From the NCBI GenBank assembly GCA_964016885.1, contig OZ024745.1, positions 44,950,001 through 45,014,000 on the forward strand: 64,000 nt of DNA, written 5' to 3'. This document shows positions 26,073 through 41,000 of the stretch, piece after piece (the first letter of the stretch is position 1; every line of letters begins with the position of its first letter). The notes beneath the pieces are model-generated. The model did no database searches and was not told where the DNA came from. It was given only the letters and a program-made list of their open reading frames with translations. The position numbers were made by a program, and so were the translations under genes. The stretch is from Eledone cirrhosa (taxonomy: Eukaryota).

Positions 26073-29000
26073 TTTGGGGTCACTGATGATGGCTTTTATT
26101 AACAAGTTGTAAGATGATGGCTTTTTGGGGTCACTGATGATGGCTTTTTGGGGTCACTGATGATAGCTTTGATTAACAAGTTGTAAGATGGTGGCTTTTT
26201 GGGGTCACTGATGATAGCCTTTATTAACAAGTTGTAAGATGATGGCTTTTTGGGGTCACTGATGATGGCTTTTTGGGGTCACTGATGATAGCTTTGATTA
26301 ACAAGTTGTAAGATGATGGCTTTTTGGGGTCACTGATGATAGCTTTGATTAACAAGTTGTAAGATGATGGCTTTTTGGGGTCACTGATGATGGCTTTTAT
26401 TAACAAGTTGTAAGTTGATGGCTTTTTGGGGTCACTGATGATAGCTTTTATTAACAAGTTGTAAGATGATGGCTTTTTGGGGTCACTGATGATGGCTTTT
26501 ATTAACAAGTTGTAAGATGATGGCTTTTTGGGGTCACTGATGATGGCTTTTATTAACAACTTGTAGGATGATGGCTTTTTGGGGTCACTGATGATAGCTT
26601 TTATTAACAAGTTGTAAGATGATGGCTTTTTGGGGTCACTGATGATAGCTTTTATTAACAAGTTGTAGGATGATGGCTTTTTGGGGTCACTGATGATGGC
26701 TTTTATTAACAAGTTGTAAGATGATGGCTTTTTGGGGTCACTGATGATAGCTTTTATTAACAAGTTGTAAGATGATGGCTTTTTGGGTTCACTGATGATA
26801 GCTTTTATTAACAAGTTGTAGGATGATGGCTTTTTGGGGTCACTGATGATGGCTTTTATTAACAAGTTGTAAGATGATGGCTTTTTGGGGTCACTGATGA
26901 TGGCTTTTATTAACACGTTGTAAGATGATGGCTTTTTGGGGTCACTGATGATGGCTTTTATTAACAAGTTGTAGGATGATGGCTTTTTGGGGTCACTGAT
27001 GATGGCTTTTATTAACAAGTTGTAAGATGATGGCTTTTTGGGGTCACTGATGATAGCTTTTATTAACAAGTTGTAAGTTGATGGCTTTTTGGGGTCACTG
27101 ATGATAGCTTTGATTAACAAGTTGTAAGATGATGGCTTTTTGGGGTCACTGATGATGTCTTTTATTAACAAGTTGTAAGATGATGGCTTTTTGGGGTCAG
27201 TGATGATAGCTTTTATTAACAAGTTGTAAGATCATGGCTTTTTGGGGTCACTGATGATGGCTTTTATTAACAAGTTGTAAGTTGATGGCTTTTTGGGGTC
27301 ACTGATGATGGCTTTTATTAACAAGTTGTAAGATGGTGGCTTTTTGGGGTCACTGATGATGGCTTTTATTAACAAGTTGTAGGATGATGGCTTTTTGGGG
27401 TCACTGATGATAGCTTTTATTAACAAGTTGTAGGATGATGGCTTTTTGGGGTCACTGATGATAGCTTTTATTAACAAGTTGTAAGATGATGGCTTTTTGG
27501 GGTCACTGATGATGGCTTTTATTAACAAGTTGTAGGATGATGGCTTTTTGGGGTCACTGATGATAGCTTTTATTAACAAGTTGTGAGATGATGGCTTTTT
27601 GGGGTCACTGATGATGGCTTTTATTAACAAGTTGTGAGATGATGGCTTTTTGGGGTCACTGATGATAGCTTTTATTAACAAGTTGTAAGATGATGGCTTT
27701 TTGGGGTCACTGATGATAGCTTTTATTAACAAGTTGTAAGATGATGGCTTTTTGGGGTCACTGATGATGGCTTTTATTAACAAGTTGTAAGATGATGGCT
27801 TTTTGGGGTCACTGATGATGGCTTTTATTAACAAGTTGTAGGATGATGGCTTTTTGGGGTCACTGATGATAGCTTTTATTAACAAGTTGTAAGATGATGG
27901 CTTTTTGGGGTCACTGATGATAGCTTTTATTAACAAGTTGTAAGATGATGGCTTTTTGGGGTCACTGATGATAGCTTTTATTAACAAGTTGTAAGATGAT
28001 GGCTTTTTGGGGTCACTGATGATAGCTTTTATTAACAAGTTGTAAGATGATGGCTTTTTGGGGTCACTGATGATAGCTTTTATTAACAAGTTGTAGGATG
28101 ATGGCTTTTTGGGGTCACTGATGATAGCTTTTATTAACAAGTTGTAAGATGATGGCTTTTTGGGGTCACTGATGATGGCTTTTATTAACAAGTTGTAAGA
28201 TGATGGCTTTTTGGGGTCACTGATCATAGCTGTTATTAACAAGTTGTAAGATGATGGCTTTTTGGGGTCACTGATGATGGCTTTTATTAACAAGTTGTAG
28301 GATGATGGCTTTTTGGGGTCACTGATGATAGCTTTTATTAACAAGTTGTAGGATGATGGCTTTTTGGGGTCACTGATGATAGCTTTTATTAACAAGTTGT
28401 AAGATGATGGCTTTTTGGGGTCACTGATGATAGCTTTTATTAACAAGTTGTAAGATGATGGCTTTTTGGGGTCACTGATGATAGCTTTTATTAACAAGTT
28501 CTAGGATGATGGCTTTTTGGGGTCACTGATGATGGCTTTTATTAACAAGTTGTAAGATGATGGCTTTTTGGGGTCACTGATGATGGCTTTTATTAACAAG
28601 TTGTAGGATGATGGCTTTTTGGGGTCACTGATGATAGCTTTTATTAACAAGTTGTAAGATGATGGCTTTTTGGGGTCACTGATGATAGCTTTTATTAACA
28701 AGTTGTAAGATGATGGCTTTTTGGGGTCACTGATGATAGCTTTTATTAACAAGTTGTAAGATGATGGCTTTTTGGGGTCACTGATGATAGCTTTTATTAA
28801 CAAGTTGTAAGATGATGGCTTTTTGGGGTCACTGATGATAGCTTTTATTAACAAGTTGTAGGATGATGGCTTTTTGGGGTCACTGATGATAGCTTTTATT
28901 AACAAGTTGTAAGATGATGGCTTTTTGGGGTCACTGATGATGGCTTTTATTAACAAGTTGTAAGATGATGGCTTTTTGGGGTCACTGATCATAGCTGTTA

Positions 29001-32000
29001 TTAACAAGTTGTAAGATGATGGCTTTTTGGGGTCACTGATGATGGCTTTTATTAACAAGTTGTAGGATGATGGCTTTTTGGGGTCACTGATGATAGCTTT
29101 TATTAACAAGTTGTAGGATGATGGCTTTTTGGGGTCACTGATGATAGCTTTTATTAACAAGTTGTAAGATGATGGCTTTTTGGGGTCACTGATGATAGCT
29201 TTTATTAACAAGTTGTAAGATGATGGCTTTTTGGGGTCACTGATGATAGCTTTTATTAACAAGTTGTAGGATGATGGCTTTTTGGGGTCACTGATGATAG
29301 CTTTTATTAACAAGTTGTAAGATGATGGCTTTTTGGGGTCACTGATGATAGCTTTTATTAACAAGTTGAAAGATGATGGCTTTTTGGGGTCACTGATGAT
29401 GGCTTTTATTAACAAGTTGTAAGTTGATGGCTTTTTGGGGTCACTGATCATAGCTTTTATTAACAAGTTGTAAGATGATGGCTTTTTGGGGTCACTGATG
29501 ATGGCTTTTATTAACAAGTTGTAAGATGATGGCTTTTTGGGGTCACTGATGATAGCTTTTATTAACAAGTTGTAGGATGATGGCTTTTTGGGGTCACTGA
29601 TGATGGCTTTTATTAACAAGTTGTAAGTTGATGGCTTTTTGGGGTCACTGATCATAGCTTTTATTAACAAGTTGTAAGATGATGGCTTTTTGGGGTCACT
29701 GATGATAGCTTTTATTAACAAGTTGTAAGTTGATGGCTTTTTGGGGTCACTGATGATAGCTTTTATTAACAAGTTGTAGGATGATGGCTTTTTGGGGTCA
29801 CTGATGATGGCTTTTATTAACAAGTTGTAAGTTGATGGCTTTTTGGGGTCACTGATCATAGCTTTTATTAACAAGTTGTAAGATGATAGCTTTTTGGGGT
29901 CACTGATCATAGCTTTTATTAACAAGTTGTAAGTTGATGGCTTTTTGGGGTCACTGATCATAGCTTTTATTAACAAGTTGTAAGATGATGGCTTTTTGGG
30001 GTCACTGATGATAGCTTTTATTAACAAGTTGTAGGATAATGGCTTTTTGGGGTCACTGATGATAGCTTTTATTAACAAGTTGTAAGATGATGGCTTTTTG
30101 GGGTCACTGATGATGGCTTTTATTAACAAGTTGTAAGATGATGGCTTTTTGGGGTCACTGATCATAGCTGTTATTAACAAGTTGTAAGATGATGGCTTTT
30201 TGGGGTCACTGATGATAGCTTTTATTAACAAGTTGTAAGATGATGGCTTTTTGGGGTCACTGATGATGGCTTTTATTAACAAGTTGTAGGATGATGGCTT
30301 TTTGGGGTCACTGATGATAGCTTTTATTAACAAGTTGTAAGATGATGGCTTTTTGGGGTCACTGATGATAGCTTTTATTAACAAGTTGTAAGATGATGGC
30401 TTTTTGGGGTCACTGATGATGGCTTTTATTAACAAGTTGTAAGATGATGGCTTTTTGGGGTCACTGATGATAGCTTTTATTAACAAGTTGTAAGATGATG
30501 GCTTTTTGGGGTCACTGATGATGGCTTTTATTAACAAGTTGTAAGATGATGGCTTTTTGGGGTCACTGATGATAGCTTTTATTAACAAGTTGTAAGATGA
30601 TGGCTTTTTGGGGTCACTGATGATGGCTTTTATTAACAAGTTGTAGGATGATGGCTTTTTGGGGTCACTGATGATAGCTTTTATTAACAAGTTGTAGGAT
30701 GATGGCTTTTTGGGGTCACTGATGATAGCTTTTATTAACAAGTTGTAAGATGATGGCTTTTTGGGGTCACTGATGATAGCTTTTATTAACAAGTTGTAGG
30801 ATGATGGCTTTTTGGGGTCACTGATGATAGCTTTTATTAACAAGTTGTAAGATGATGGCTTTTTGGGGTCACTGATGATGGCTTTTATTAACAAGTTGTA
30901 AGATGATGGCTTTTTGGGGTCACTGATCATAGCTGTTATTAACAAGTTGTAAGATGATGGCTTTTTGGGGTCACTGATGATAGCTTTTATTAACAAGTTG
31001 TAGGATGATGGCTTTTTGGGGTCACTGATGATAGCTTTTATTAACAAGTTGTAAGATGATGGCTTTTTGGGGTCACTGATGATAGCTTTTATTAACAAGT
31101 TGTAAGATGGTGGCTTTTTGGGGTCACTGATGATAGCTTTTATTAACAAGTTGTAGGATGATGGCTTTTTGGGGTCACTGATGATAGCTTTTATTAACAA
31201 GTTGTAAGATGATGGCTTTTTGGGGTCACTGATGATAGCTTTTATTAACAAGTTGTAGGATGATGGCTTTTTGGGGTCACTGATGATAGCTTTTATTAAC
31301 AAGTTGTAAGATGATGGCTTTTTGGGGTCACTGATGATAGCTTTTATTAACAAGTTGTAGGATGATGGCTTTTTGGGGTCACTGATGATAGCTTTTATTA
31401 ACAAGTTGTAGGATGATGGCTTTTTGGGGTCACTGATGATGGCTTTTATTAACAAGTTGTAAGATGATGGCTTTTTGGGGTCACTGATGATAGCTTTTAT
31501 TAACAAGTTGTAGGATGATGGCTTTTTCGGGTCAGTGATGATAGCTTTTATTAACAAGTTGTAAGATGATGGCTTTTTGGGGTCACTGATGATGGCTTTT
31601 ATTAACAAGTTGTAGGATGATGGCTTTTTGGGGTCACTGATGATGGCTTTTATTAACAAGTTGTAAGATGATGGCTTTTTGGGGTCACTGATGATGGCTT
31701 TTATTAACAAGTTGTAGGATGATGGCTTTTTGGGGTCACTGATGATGGCTTTTATTAACAAGTTGTAGGATGATGGCTTTTTGGGGTCACTGATGATAGC
31801 TTTTATTAACAAGTTGTAGGATGATGGCTTTTTGGGGTCACTGATGATAGCTTTTATTAACAAGTTGTAGGATGATGGCTTTTTGGGGTCACTGATGATA
31901 GCTTTTATTAACAAGTTGTAAGATGATGGCTTTTTGGGGTCACTGATGATAGCTTTTATTAACAAGTTGTAAGATGGTGGCTTTTTGGGGTCACTGATGA

Positions 32001-35000
32001 TAGCTTTTATTAACAAGTTGTAGGATGATGGCTTTTTGGGGTCACTGATGATAGCTTTTATTAACAAGTTGTAAGATGATGGCTTTTTGGGGTCATTGAT
32101 GATAGCTTTTATTAACAAGTTGTAGGATGATGGCTTTTTGGGGTCAGTGATGATAGCTTTTATTAACAAGTTGTAAGATGATGGCTTTTTGGGGTCACTG
32201 ATGATAGCTTTTATTAACAAGTTGTAAGATGGTGGCTTTTTGGGGTCACTGATGATAGCTTTTATTAACAAGTTGTAAGATGATGGCTTTTTGGGGTCAC
32301 TGATGATAGCTTTTATTAACAAGTTGTAGGATGATGGCTTTTTGGGGTCACTGATGATAGCTTTTATTAACAAGTTGTAGGATGATGGCTTTTTGGGGTC
32401 ACTGATGATGGCTTTTATTAACAAGTTGTAAGATGATGGCTTTTTGGGGTCACTGATGATAGCTTTTATTAACAAGTTGTAGGATCATGGCTTTTTGGGG
32501 TCAGTGATGATAGCTTTTATTAACAAGTTGTAAGATGGTGGCTTTTTGGGGTCACTGATGATAGCTTTTATTAACAAGTTGTAAGATGATGGCTTTTTGG
32601 GGTCACTGATGATAGCTTTTATTAACAAGTTGTAAGATGGTGGCTTTTTGGGGTCACTGATGATAGCTTTTATTAACAAGTTGTAAGATGATGGCTTTTT
32701 GGGGTCACTGATGATAGCTTTTATTAACAAGTTGTAGGATGATGGCTTTTTGGGGTCACTGATGATAGCTTTTATTAACAAGTTGTAGGATGATGGCTTT
32801 TTGGGGTCACTGATGATGGCTTTTATTAACAAGTTGTAAGATGATGGCTTTTTGGGGTCACCGATGATAGCTTTGATTAACAAGTTGTAAGATGGTGGCT
32901 TTTGGGGTCACTGATGATGGCTTTTTGGGGTCACTGATGATAGCTTTTATTAACAAGTTGTAGGATGATGGCTTTTTGGGGTCACTGATGATAGCTTTTA
33001 TTAACAAGTTGTAAGATGATGGCTTTTTGGGGTCACTGATGATAGCTTTTATTAACAAGTTGTAAGATGGTGGCTTTTTGGGGTCACTGATGATAGCTTT
33101 TATTAACAAGTTGTAAGATGATGGCTTTTTGGGGTCACTGATGATAGCTTTTATTAACAAGTTGTAAGTTGATGGCGTTTTGGGGTCACTGATGATAGCT
33201 TTTATTAACAAGTTGTAAGTTGATGGCGTTTTGGGGTCACTGATGATAGCTTTTATTAACAAGTTGTAAGATGATGGCTTTTTGGGGTCACTGATGATAG
33301 CTTTTATTAACAAGTTGTAGGATGATGGCTTTTTGGGGTCACTGATGATAGCTTTTATTAACAAGTTGTAAGATGATGGCTTTTTGGGGTCACTGATGAT
33401 AGCTTTTATTAACAAGTTGTAGGATGATGGCTTTTTGGGGTCACTGATGATAGCTTTTATTAACAAGTTGTAGGATGATGGCTTTTTGGGGTCACTGATG
33501 ATAGCTTTTATTAACAAGTTGTAGGATGATGGCTTTTTGGGGTCACTGATGATAGCTTTTATTAACAAGTTGTAGGATGATGGCTTTTTGGGGTCACTGA
33601 TGATAGCTTTTATTAACAAGTTGTAGGATGATGGCTTTTTGGGGTCACTGATGATAGCTTTTATTAACAAGTTGTAAGATGATGGCTTTTTGGGGTCACT
33701 GATGATAGCTTTTATTAACAAGTTGTAAGATGATGGCTTTTTGGGGTCACTGATGATGGCTTTTATTAACAAGTTGTAAGATGATGGCTTTTTGGGGTCA
33801 CTGATCATAGCTGTTATTAACAAGTTGTAAGATGATGGCTTTTTGGGGTCACTGATGATAGCTTTTATTAACAAGTTGTAAGATGATGGCTTTTTGGGGT
33901 CACTGATGATGGCTTTTATTAACAAGTTGTAGGATGATGGCTTTTTGGGGTCACTGATGATAGCTTTTATTAACAAGTTGTAAGATGATGGCTTTTTGGG
34001 GTCACTGATGATAGCTTTTATTAACAAGTTGTAAGATGATGGCTTTTTGGGGTCACTGATGATGGCTTTTATTAACAAGTTGTAAGATGATGGCTTTTTG
34101 GGGTCACTGATGATAGCTTTTATTAACAAGTTGTAAGATGATGGCTTTTTGGGGTCACTGATGATGGCTTTTATTAACAAGTTGTAAGATGATGGCTTTT
34201 TGGGGTCACTGATGATAGCTTTTATTAACAAGTTGTAGGATGATGGCTTTTTGGGGTCACTGATGATAGCTTTTATTAACAAGTTGTAAGATGATGGCTT
34301 TTTGGGGTCACTGATGATGGCTTTTATTAACAAGTTGTAAGATGATGGCTTTTTGGGGTCACTGATCATAGCTGTTATTAACAAGTTGTAAGATGATGGC
34401 TTTTTGGGGTCACTGATGATAGCTTTTATTAACAAGTTGTAGGATGATGGCTTTTTGGGGTCACTGATGATAGCTTTTATTAACAAGTTGTAAGATGATG
34501 GCTTTTTGGGGTCACTGATGATAGCTTTTATTAACAAGTTGTAAGATGGTGGCTTTTTGGGGTCACTGATGATAGCTTTTATTAACAAGTTGTAGGATGA
34601 TGGCTTTTTGGGGTCACTGATGATAGCTTTTATTAACAAGTTGTAAGATGATGGCTTTTTGGGGTCACTGATGATAGCTTTTATTAACAAGTTGTAGGAT
34701 GATGGCTTTTTGGGGTCACTGATGATAGCTTTTATTAACAAGTTGTAAGATGATGGCTTTTTGGGGTCACTGATGATAGCTTTTATTAACAAGTTGTAGG
34801 ATGATGGCTTTTTGGGGTCACTGATGATAGCTTTTATTAACAAGTTGTAGGATGATGGCTTTTTGGGGTCACTGATGATGGCTTTTATTAACAAGTTGTA
34901 AGATGATGGCTTTTTGGGGTCACTGATGATAGCTTTTATTAACAAGTTGTAGGATGATGGCTTTTTGGGGTCAGTGATGATAGCTTTTATTAACAAGTTG

Positions 35001-38000
35001 TAAGATGATGGCTTTTTGGGGTCACTGATGATGGCTTTTATTAACAAGTTGTAGGATGATGGCTTTTTGGGGTCACTGATGATGGCTTTTATTAACAAGT
35101 TGTAAGATGATGGCTTTTTGGGGTCACTGATGATGGCTTTTATTAACAAGTTGTAGGATGATGGCTTTTTGGGGTCACTGATGATGGCTTTTATTAACAA
35201 GTTGTAGGATGATGGCTTTTTGGGGTCACTGATGATAGCTTTTATTAACAAGTTGTAGGATGATGGCTTTTTGGGGTCACTGATGATAGCTTTTATTAAC
35301 AAGTTGTAGGATGATGGCTTTTTGGGGTCACTGATGATAGCTTTTATTAACAAGTTGTAAGATGATGGCTTTTTGGGGTCACTGATGATAGCTTTTATTA
35401 ACAAGTTGTAAGATGGTGGCTTTTTGGGGTCACTGATGATAGCTTTTATTAACAAGTTGTAGGATGATGGCTTTTTGGGGTCACTGATGATAGCTTTTAT
35501 TAACAAGTTGTAAGATGATGGCTTTTTGGGGTCATTGATGATAGCTTTTATTAACAAGTTGTAGGATGATGGCTTTTTGGGGTCAGTGATGATAGCTTTT
35601 ATTAACAAGTTGTAAGATGATGGCTTTTTGGGGTCACTGATGATAGCTTTTATTAACAAGTTGTAAGATGGTGGCTTTTTGGGGTCACTGATGATAGCTT
35701 TTATTAACAAGTTGTAAGATGATGGCTTTTTGGGGTCACTGATGATAGCTTTTATTAACAAGTTGTAGGATGATGGCTTTTTGGGGTCACTGATGATAGC
35801 TTTTATTAACAAGTTGTAGGATGATGGCTTTTTGGGGTCACTGATGATGGCTTTTATTAACAAGTTGTAAGATGATGGCTTTTTGGGGTCACTGATGATA
35901 GCTTTTATTAACAAGTTGTAGGATCATGGCTTTTTGGGGTCAGTGATGATAGCTTTTATTAACAAGTTGTAAGATGATGGCTTTTTGGGGTCACTGATGA
36001 TAGCTTTTATTAACAAGTTGTAAGATGATGGCTTTTTGGGGTCACTGATGATAGCTTTTATTAACAAGTTGTAAGATGGTGGCTTTTTGGGGTCACTGAT
36101 GATAGCTTTTATTAACAAGTTGTAAGATGATGGCTTTTTGGGGTCACTGATGATAGCTTTTATTAACAAGTTGTAGGATGATGGCTTTTTGGGGTCACTG
36201 ATGATAGCTTTTATTAACAAGTTGTAGGATGATGGCTTTTTGGGGTCACTGATGATGGCTTTTATTAACAAGTTGTAAGATGATGGCTTTTTGGGGTCAC
36301 CGATGATAGCTTTGATTAACAAGTTGTAAGATGGTGGCTTTTGGGGTCACTGATGATGGCTTTTTGGGGTCACTGATGATAGCTTTTATTAACAAGTTGT
36401 AGGATGATGGCTTTTTGGGGTCACTGATGATAGCTTTTATTAACAAGTTGTAAGATGATGGCTTTTTGGGGTCACTGATGATAGCTTTTATTAACAAGTT
36501 GTAAGATGGTGGCTTTTTGGGGTCACTGATGATAGCTTTTATTAACAAGTTGTAAGATGATGGCTTTTTGGGGTCACTGATGATAGCTTTTATTAACAAG
36601 TTGTAAGTTGATGGCGTTTTGGGGTCACTGATGATAGCTTTTATTAACAAGTTGTAAGTTGATGGCGTTTTGGGGTCACTGATGATAGCTTTTATTAACA
36701 AGTTGTAAGATGATGGCTTTTTGGGGTCACTGATGATAGCTTTTATTAACAAGTTGTAGGATGATGGCTTTTTGGGGTCACTGATGATAGCTTTTATTAA
36801 CAAGTTGTAAGATGATGGCTTTTTGGGGTCACTGATGATAGCTTTTATTAACAAGTTGTAGGATGATGGCTTTTTGGGGTCACTGATGATAGCTTTTATT
36901 AACAAGTTGTAGGATGATGGCTTTTTGGGGTCACTGATGATAGCTTTTATTAACAAGTTGTAGGATGATGGCTTTTTGGGGTCACTGATGATAGCTTTTA
37001 TTAACAAGTTGTAGGATGATGGCTTTTTGGGGTCACTGATGATAGCTTTTATTAACAAGTTGTAGGATGATGGCTTTTTGGGGTCACTGATGATAGCTTT
37101 TATTAACAAGTTGTAAGATGATGGCTTTTTGGGGTCACTGATGATAGCTTTTATTAACAAGTTGTAAGATGATGGCTTTTTGGGGTCACTGATGATAGCT
37201 TTTATTAACAAGTTGTAGGATGATGGCTTTTTGGGGTCACTGATGATAGCTTTTATTAACAAGTTGTAGGATGATGGCTTTTTGGGGTCACTGATCATAG
37301 CTTTTATTAACAAGTTGTAAGATGATGGCTTTTTGGGGTCACTGATGATAGCTTTTATTAACAAGTTGTAAGATGATGTCTTTTTGGGGTCACTGATGAT
37401 AGCTTTTATTAACAAGTTGTAAGATGATGGCTCTTTGGGGTCACTGATGATAGCTTTTATTAACAAGTTGTAGGATGATGGCTTTTTGGGGTCACTGATG
37501 ATAGCTTTTATTAACAAGTTGTAGGATGATGGCTTTTTGGGGTCACTGATGATGGCTTTTATTAACAAGTTGTAAGATGATGGCTTTTTGGGGTCACCGA
37601 TGATAGCTTTGATTAACAAGTTGTAAGATGGTGGCTTTTGGGGTCACTGATGATGGCTTTTTGGGGTCACTGATGATAGCTTTTATTAACAAGTTGTAGG
37701 ATGATGGCTTTTTGGGGTCACTGATGATAGCTTTTATTAACAAGTTGTAAGATGATGGCTTTTTGGGGTCACTGATGATAGCTTTTATTAACAAGTTGTA
37801 AGATGGTGGCTTTTTGGGGTCACTGATGATAGCTTTTATTAACAAGTTGTAAGATGATGGCTTTTTGGGGTCACTGATGATAGCTTTTATTAACAAGTTG
37901 TAAGTTGATGGCGTTTTGGGGTCACTGATGATAGCTTTTATTAACAAGTTGTAAGTTGATGGCGTTTTGGGGTCACTGATGATAGCTTTTATTAACAAGT

Positions 38001-41000
38001 TGTAAGATGATGGCTTTTTGGGGTCACTGATCATAGCTTTTATTAACAAGTTGTAGGATGATGGCTTTTTGGGGTCACTGATGATAGCTTTTATTAACAA
38101 GTTGTAAGATGATGGCTTTTTGGGGTCACTGATGATAGCTTTTATTAACAAGTTGTAGGATGATGGCTTTTTGGGGTCACTGATGATAGCTTTTATTAAC
38201 AAGTTGTAGGATGATGGCTTTTTGGGGTCACTGATGATAGCTTTTATTAACAAGTTGTAGGATGATGGCTTTTTGGGGTCACTGATGATAGCTTTTATTA
38301 ACAAGTTGTAGGATGATGGCTTTTTGGGGTCACTGATGATAGCTTTTATTAACAAGTTGTAGGATGATGGCTTTTTGGGGTCACTGATGATAGCTTTTAT
38401 TAACAAGTTGTAGGATGATGGCTTTTTGGGGTCACTGATGATAGCTTTTATTAACAAGTTGTAAGATCATGGCTTTTTGGGGTCACTGATGATGGCTTTT
38501 ATTAACAAGTTGTAAGATGATGGCTTTTTGGGGTCACTGATGATAGCTTTTATTAACAAGTTGTAAGATGATGGCTTTTTGGGGTCACTGATCATAGCTT
38601 TTATTAACAAGTTGTAAGATGATGGCTTTTTGGGGTCACTGATGATGGCTTTTATTAACAAGTTGTAAGATGGTGGCTTTTTGGGGTCACTGATGATGGC
38701 TTTTTGGGGTCACTGATGATAGCTTTGATTAACAAGTTGTAAGATGATGGCTTTTTGGGGTTACTGATGATGGCTTTTTGGGGTCACTGATGAAGGCTTT
38801 TTGGGGTCACTGATGATAGCTTTGATTAACAAGTTGTAAGATGGTGGCTTTTTGGGGTCACTGATGATAGCTTTTATTAACAAGTTGTAAGATCATGGCT
38901 TTTTGGGGTCACTGATGATGGCTTTTATTAACAAGTTGTAAGATGATGGCTTTTTGGGGTCACTGATGATAGCTTTTATTAACAAGTTGTAAGATGATGG
39001 CTTTTTGGGGTCACTGATGATGGCTTTTATTAACAAGTTGTAAGATGATGGCTTTTTGGGGTCACTGATGATAGCTTTTATTAACAAGTTGTAAGATGAT
39101 GGCTTTTTGGGGTCACTGATCATAGCTTTTATTAACAAGTTGTAAGATGATGGCTTTTTGGGGTCACTGATGATGGCTTTTATTAACAAGTTGTAAGATG
39201 GTGGCTTTTTGGGGTCACTGATGATAGCTTTTATTAACAAGTTGTAGGATGATGGCTTTTTGGGGTCACTGATGATAGCTTTTATTAACAAGTTGTAGGA
39301 TGATGGCTTTTTGGGGTCACTGATGATAGCTTTTATTAACAAGTTGTAAGATGATGGCTTTTTGGGGTCACTGATCATAGCTTTTATTAACAAGTTGTAA
39401 GATGATGGCTTTTTGGGGTCACTGATGATGGCTTTTATTAACAAGTTGTAGGATGATGGCTTTTTGGGGTCACTGATGATAGCTTTTATTAACAAGTTGT
39501 AGGATGATGGCTTTTTGGGGTCACTGATGATAGCTTTTATTAACAAGTTGTAGGATGATGGCTTTTTGGGGTCACTGATGATAGCTTTTATTAACAAGTT
39601 GTAGGATGATGGCTTTTTGGGGTCACTGATGATAGCTTTTATTAACAAGTTGCAAGATCATGGCTTTTTGGGGTCACTGATGATGGCTTTTATTAACAAG
39701 TTGTAAGATGATGGCTTTTTGGGGTCACTGATGATAGCTTTTATTAACAAGTTGTAAGATGATGGCTTTTTGGGGTCACTGATCATAGCTTTTATTAACA
39801 AGTTGTAAGATGATGGCTTTTTGGGGTCACTGATGATGGCTTTTATTAACAAGTTGTAAGATGGTGGCTTTTTGGGGTCACTGATGATGGCTTTTTGGGG
39901 TCACTGATGATAGCTTTGATTAACAAGTTGTAAGATGATGGCTTTTTGGGGTCACTGATGATGGCTTTTTGGGGTCACTGATGATGGCTTTTTGGGGTCA
40001 CTGATGATAGCTTTGATTAACAAGTTGTAAGATGGTGGCTTTTTGGGGTCACTGATGATAGCTTTTATTAACAAGTTGTAAGATCATGGCTTTTTGGGGT
40101 CACTGATGATGGCTTTTATTAACAAGTTGTAAGATGATGGCTTTTTGGGGTCACTGATGATAGCTTTTATTAACAAGTTGTAAGATGATGGCTTTTTGGG
40201 GTCACTGATGATGGCTTTTATTAACAAGTTGTAAGATGATGGCTTTTTGGGGTCACTGATGATAGCTTTTATTAACAAGTTGTAAGATGATGGCTTTTTG
40301 GGGTCACTGATCATAGCTTTTATTAACAAGTTGTAAGATGATGGCTTTTTGGGGTCACTGATGATGGCTTTTATTAACAAGTTGTAAGATGGTGGCTTTT
40401 TGGGGTCACTGATGATGGCTTTTTGGGGTCACTGATGATAGCTTTGATTAACAAGTTGTAAGATGATGGCTTTTTGGGGTCACTGATGATGGCTTTTTGG
40501 GGTCACTGATGATGGCTTTTTGGGGTCACTGATGATAGCTTTGATTAACAAGTTGTAAGATGGTGGCTTTTTGGGGTCACTGATGATAGCTTTTATTAAC
40601 AAGTTGTAAGATGATGGCTTTTCGGGGTCAGTGATGATAGCTTTTATTAACAAGTTGTAAGATGATGGCTTTTTGGGGTCACTGATGATAGCTTTTATTA
40701 ACAAGTTGTAAGATGATGGCTTTTTGGGGTCACTGATGATAGCTTTTATTAACAAGTTGTAAGATGATGGCTTTTTGGGGTCACTGATGATGGCTTTTAT
40801 TAACAAGTTGTAAGATGATGGCTTTTTGGGGTCACTGATGATAGCTTTTATTAACAAGTTGTAAGATGATGGCTTTTTGGGGTCACTGATGATAGCTTTT
40901 ATTAACAAGTTGTAAGTTGATGGCTTTTTGGGGTCACTGATGATAGCTTTTATTAACAAGTTGTAAGATGATGGCTTTTTGGGGTCACTGATGATAGCTT

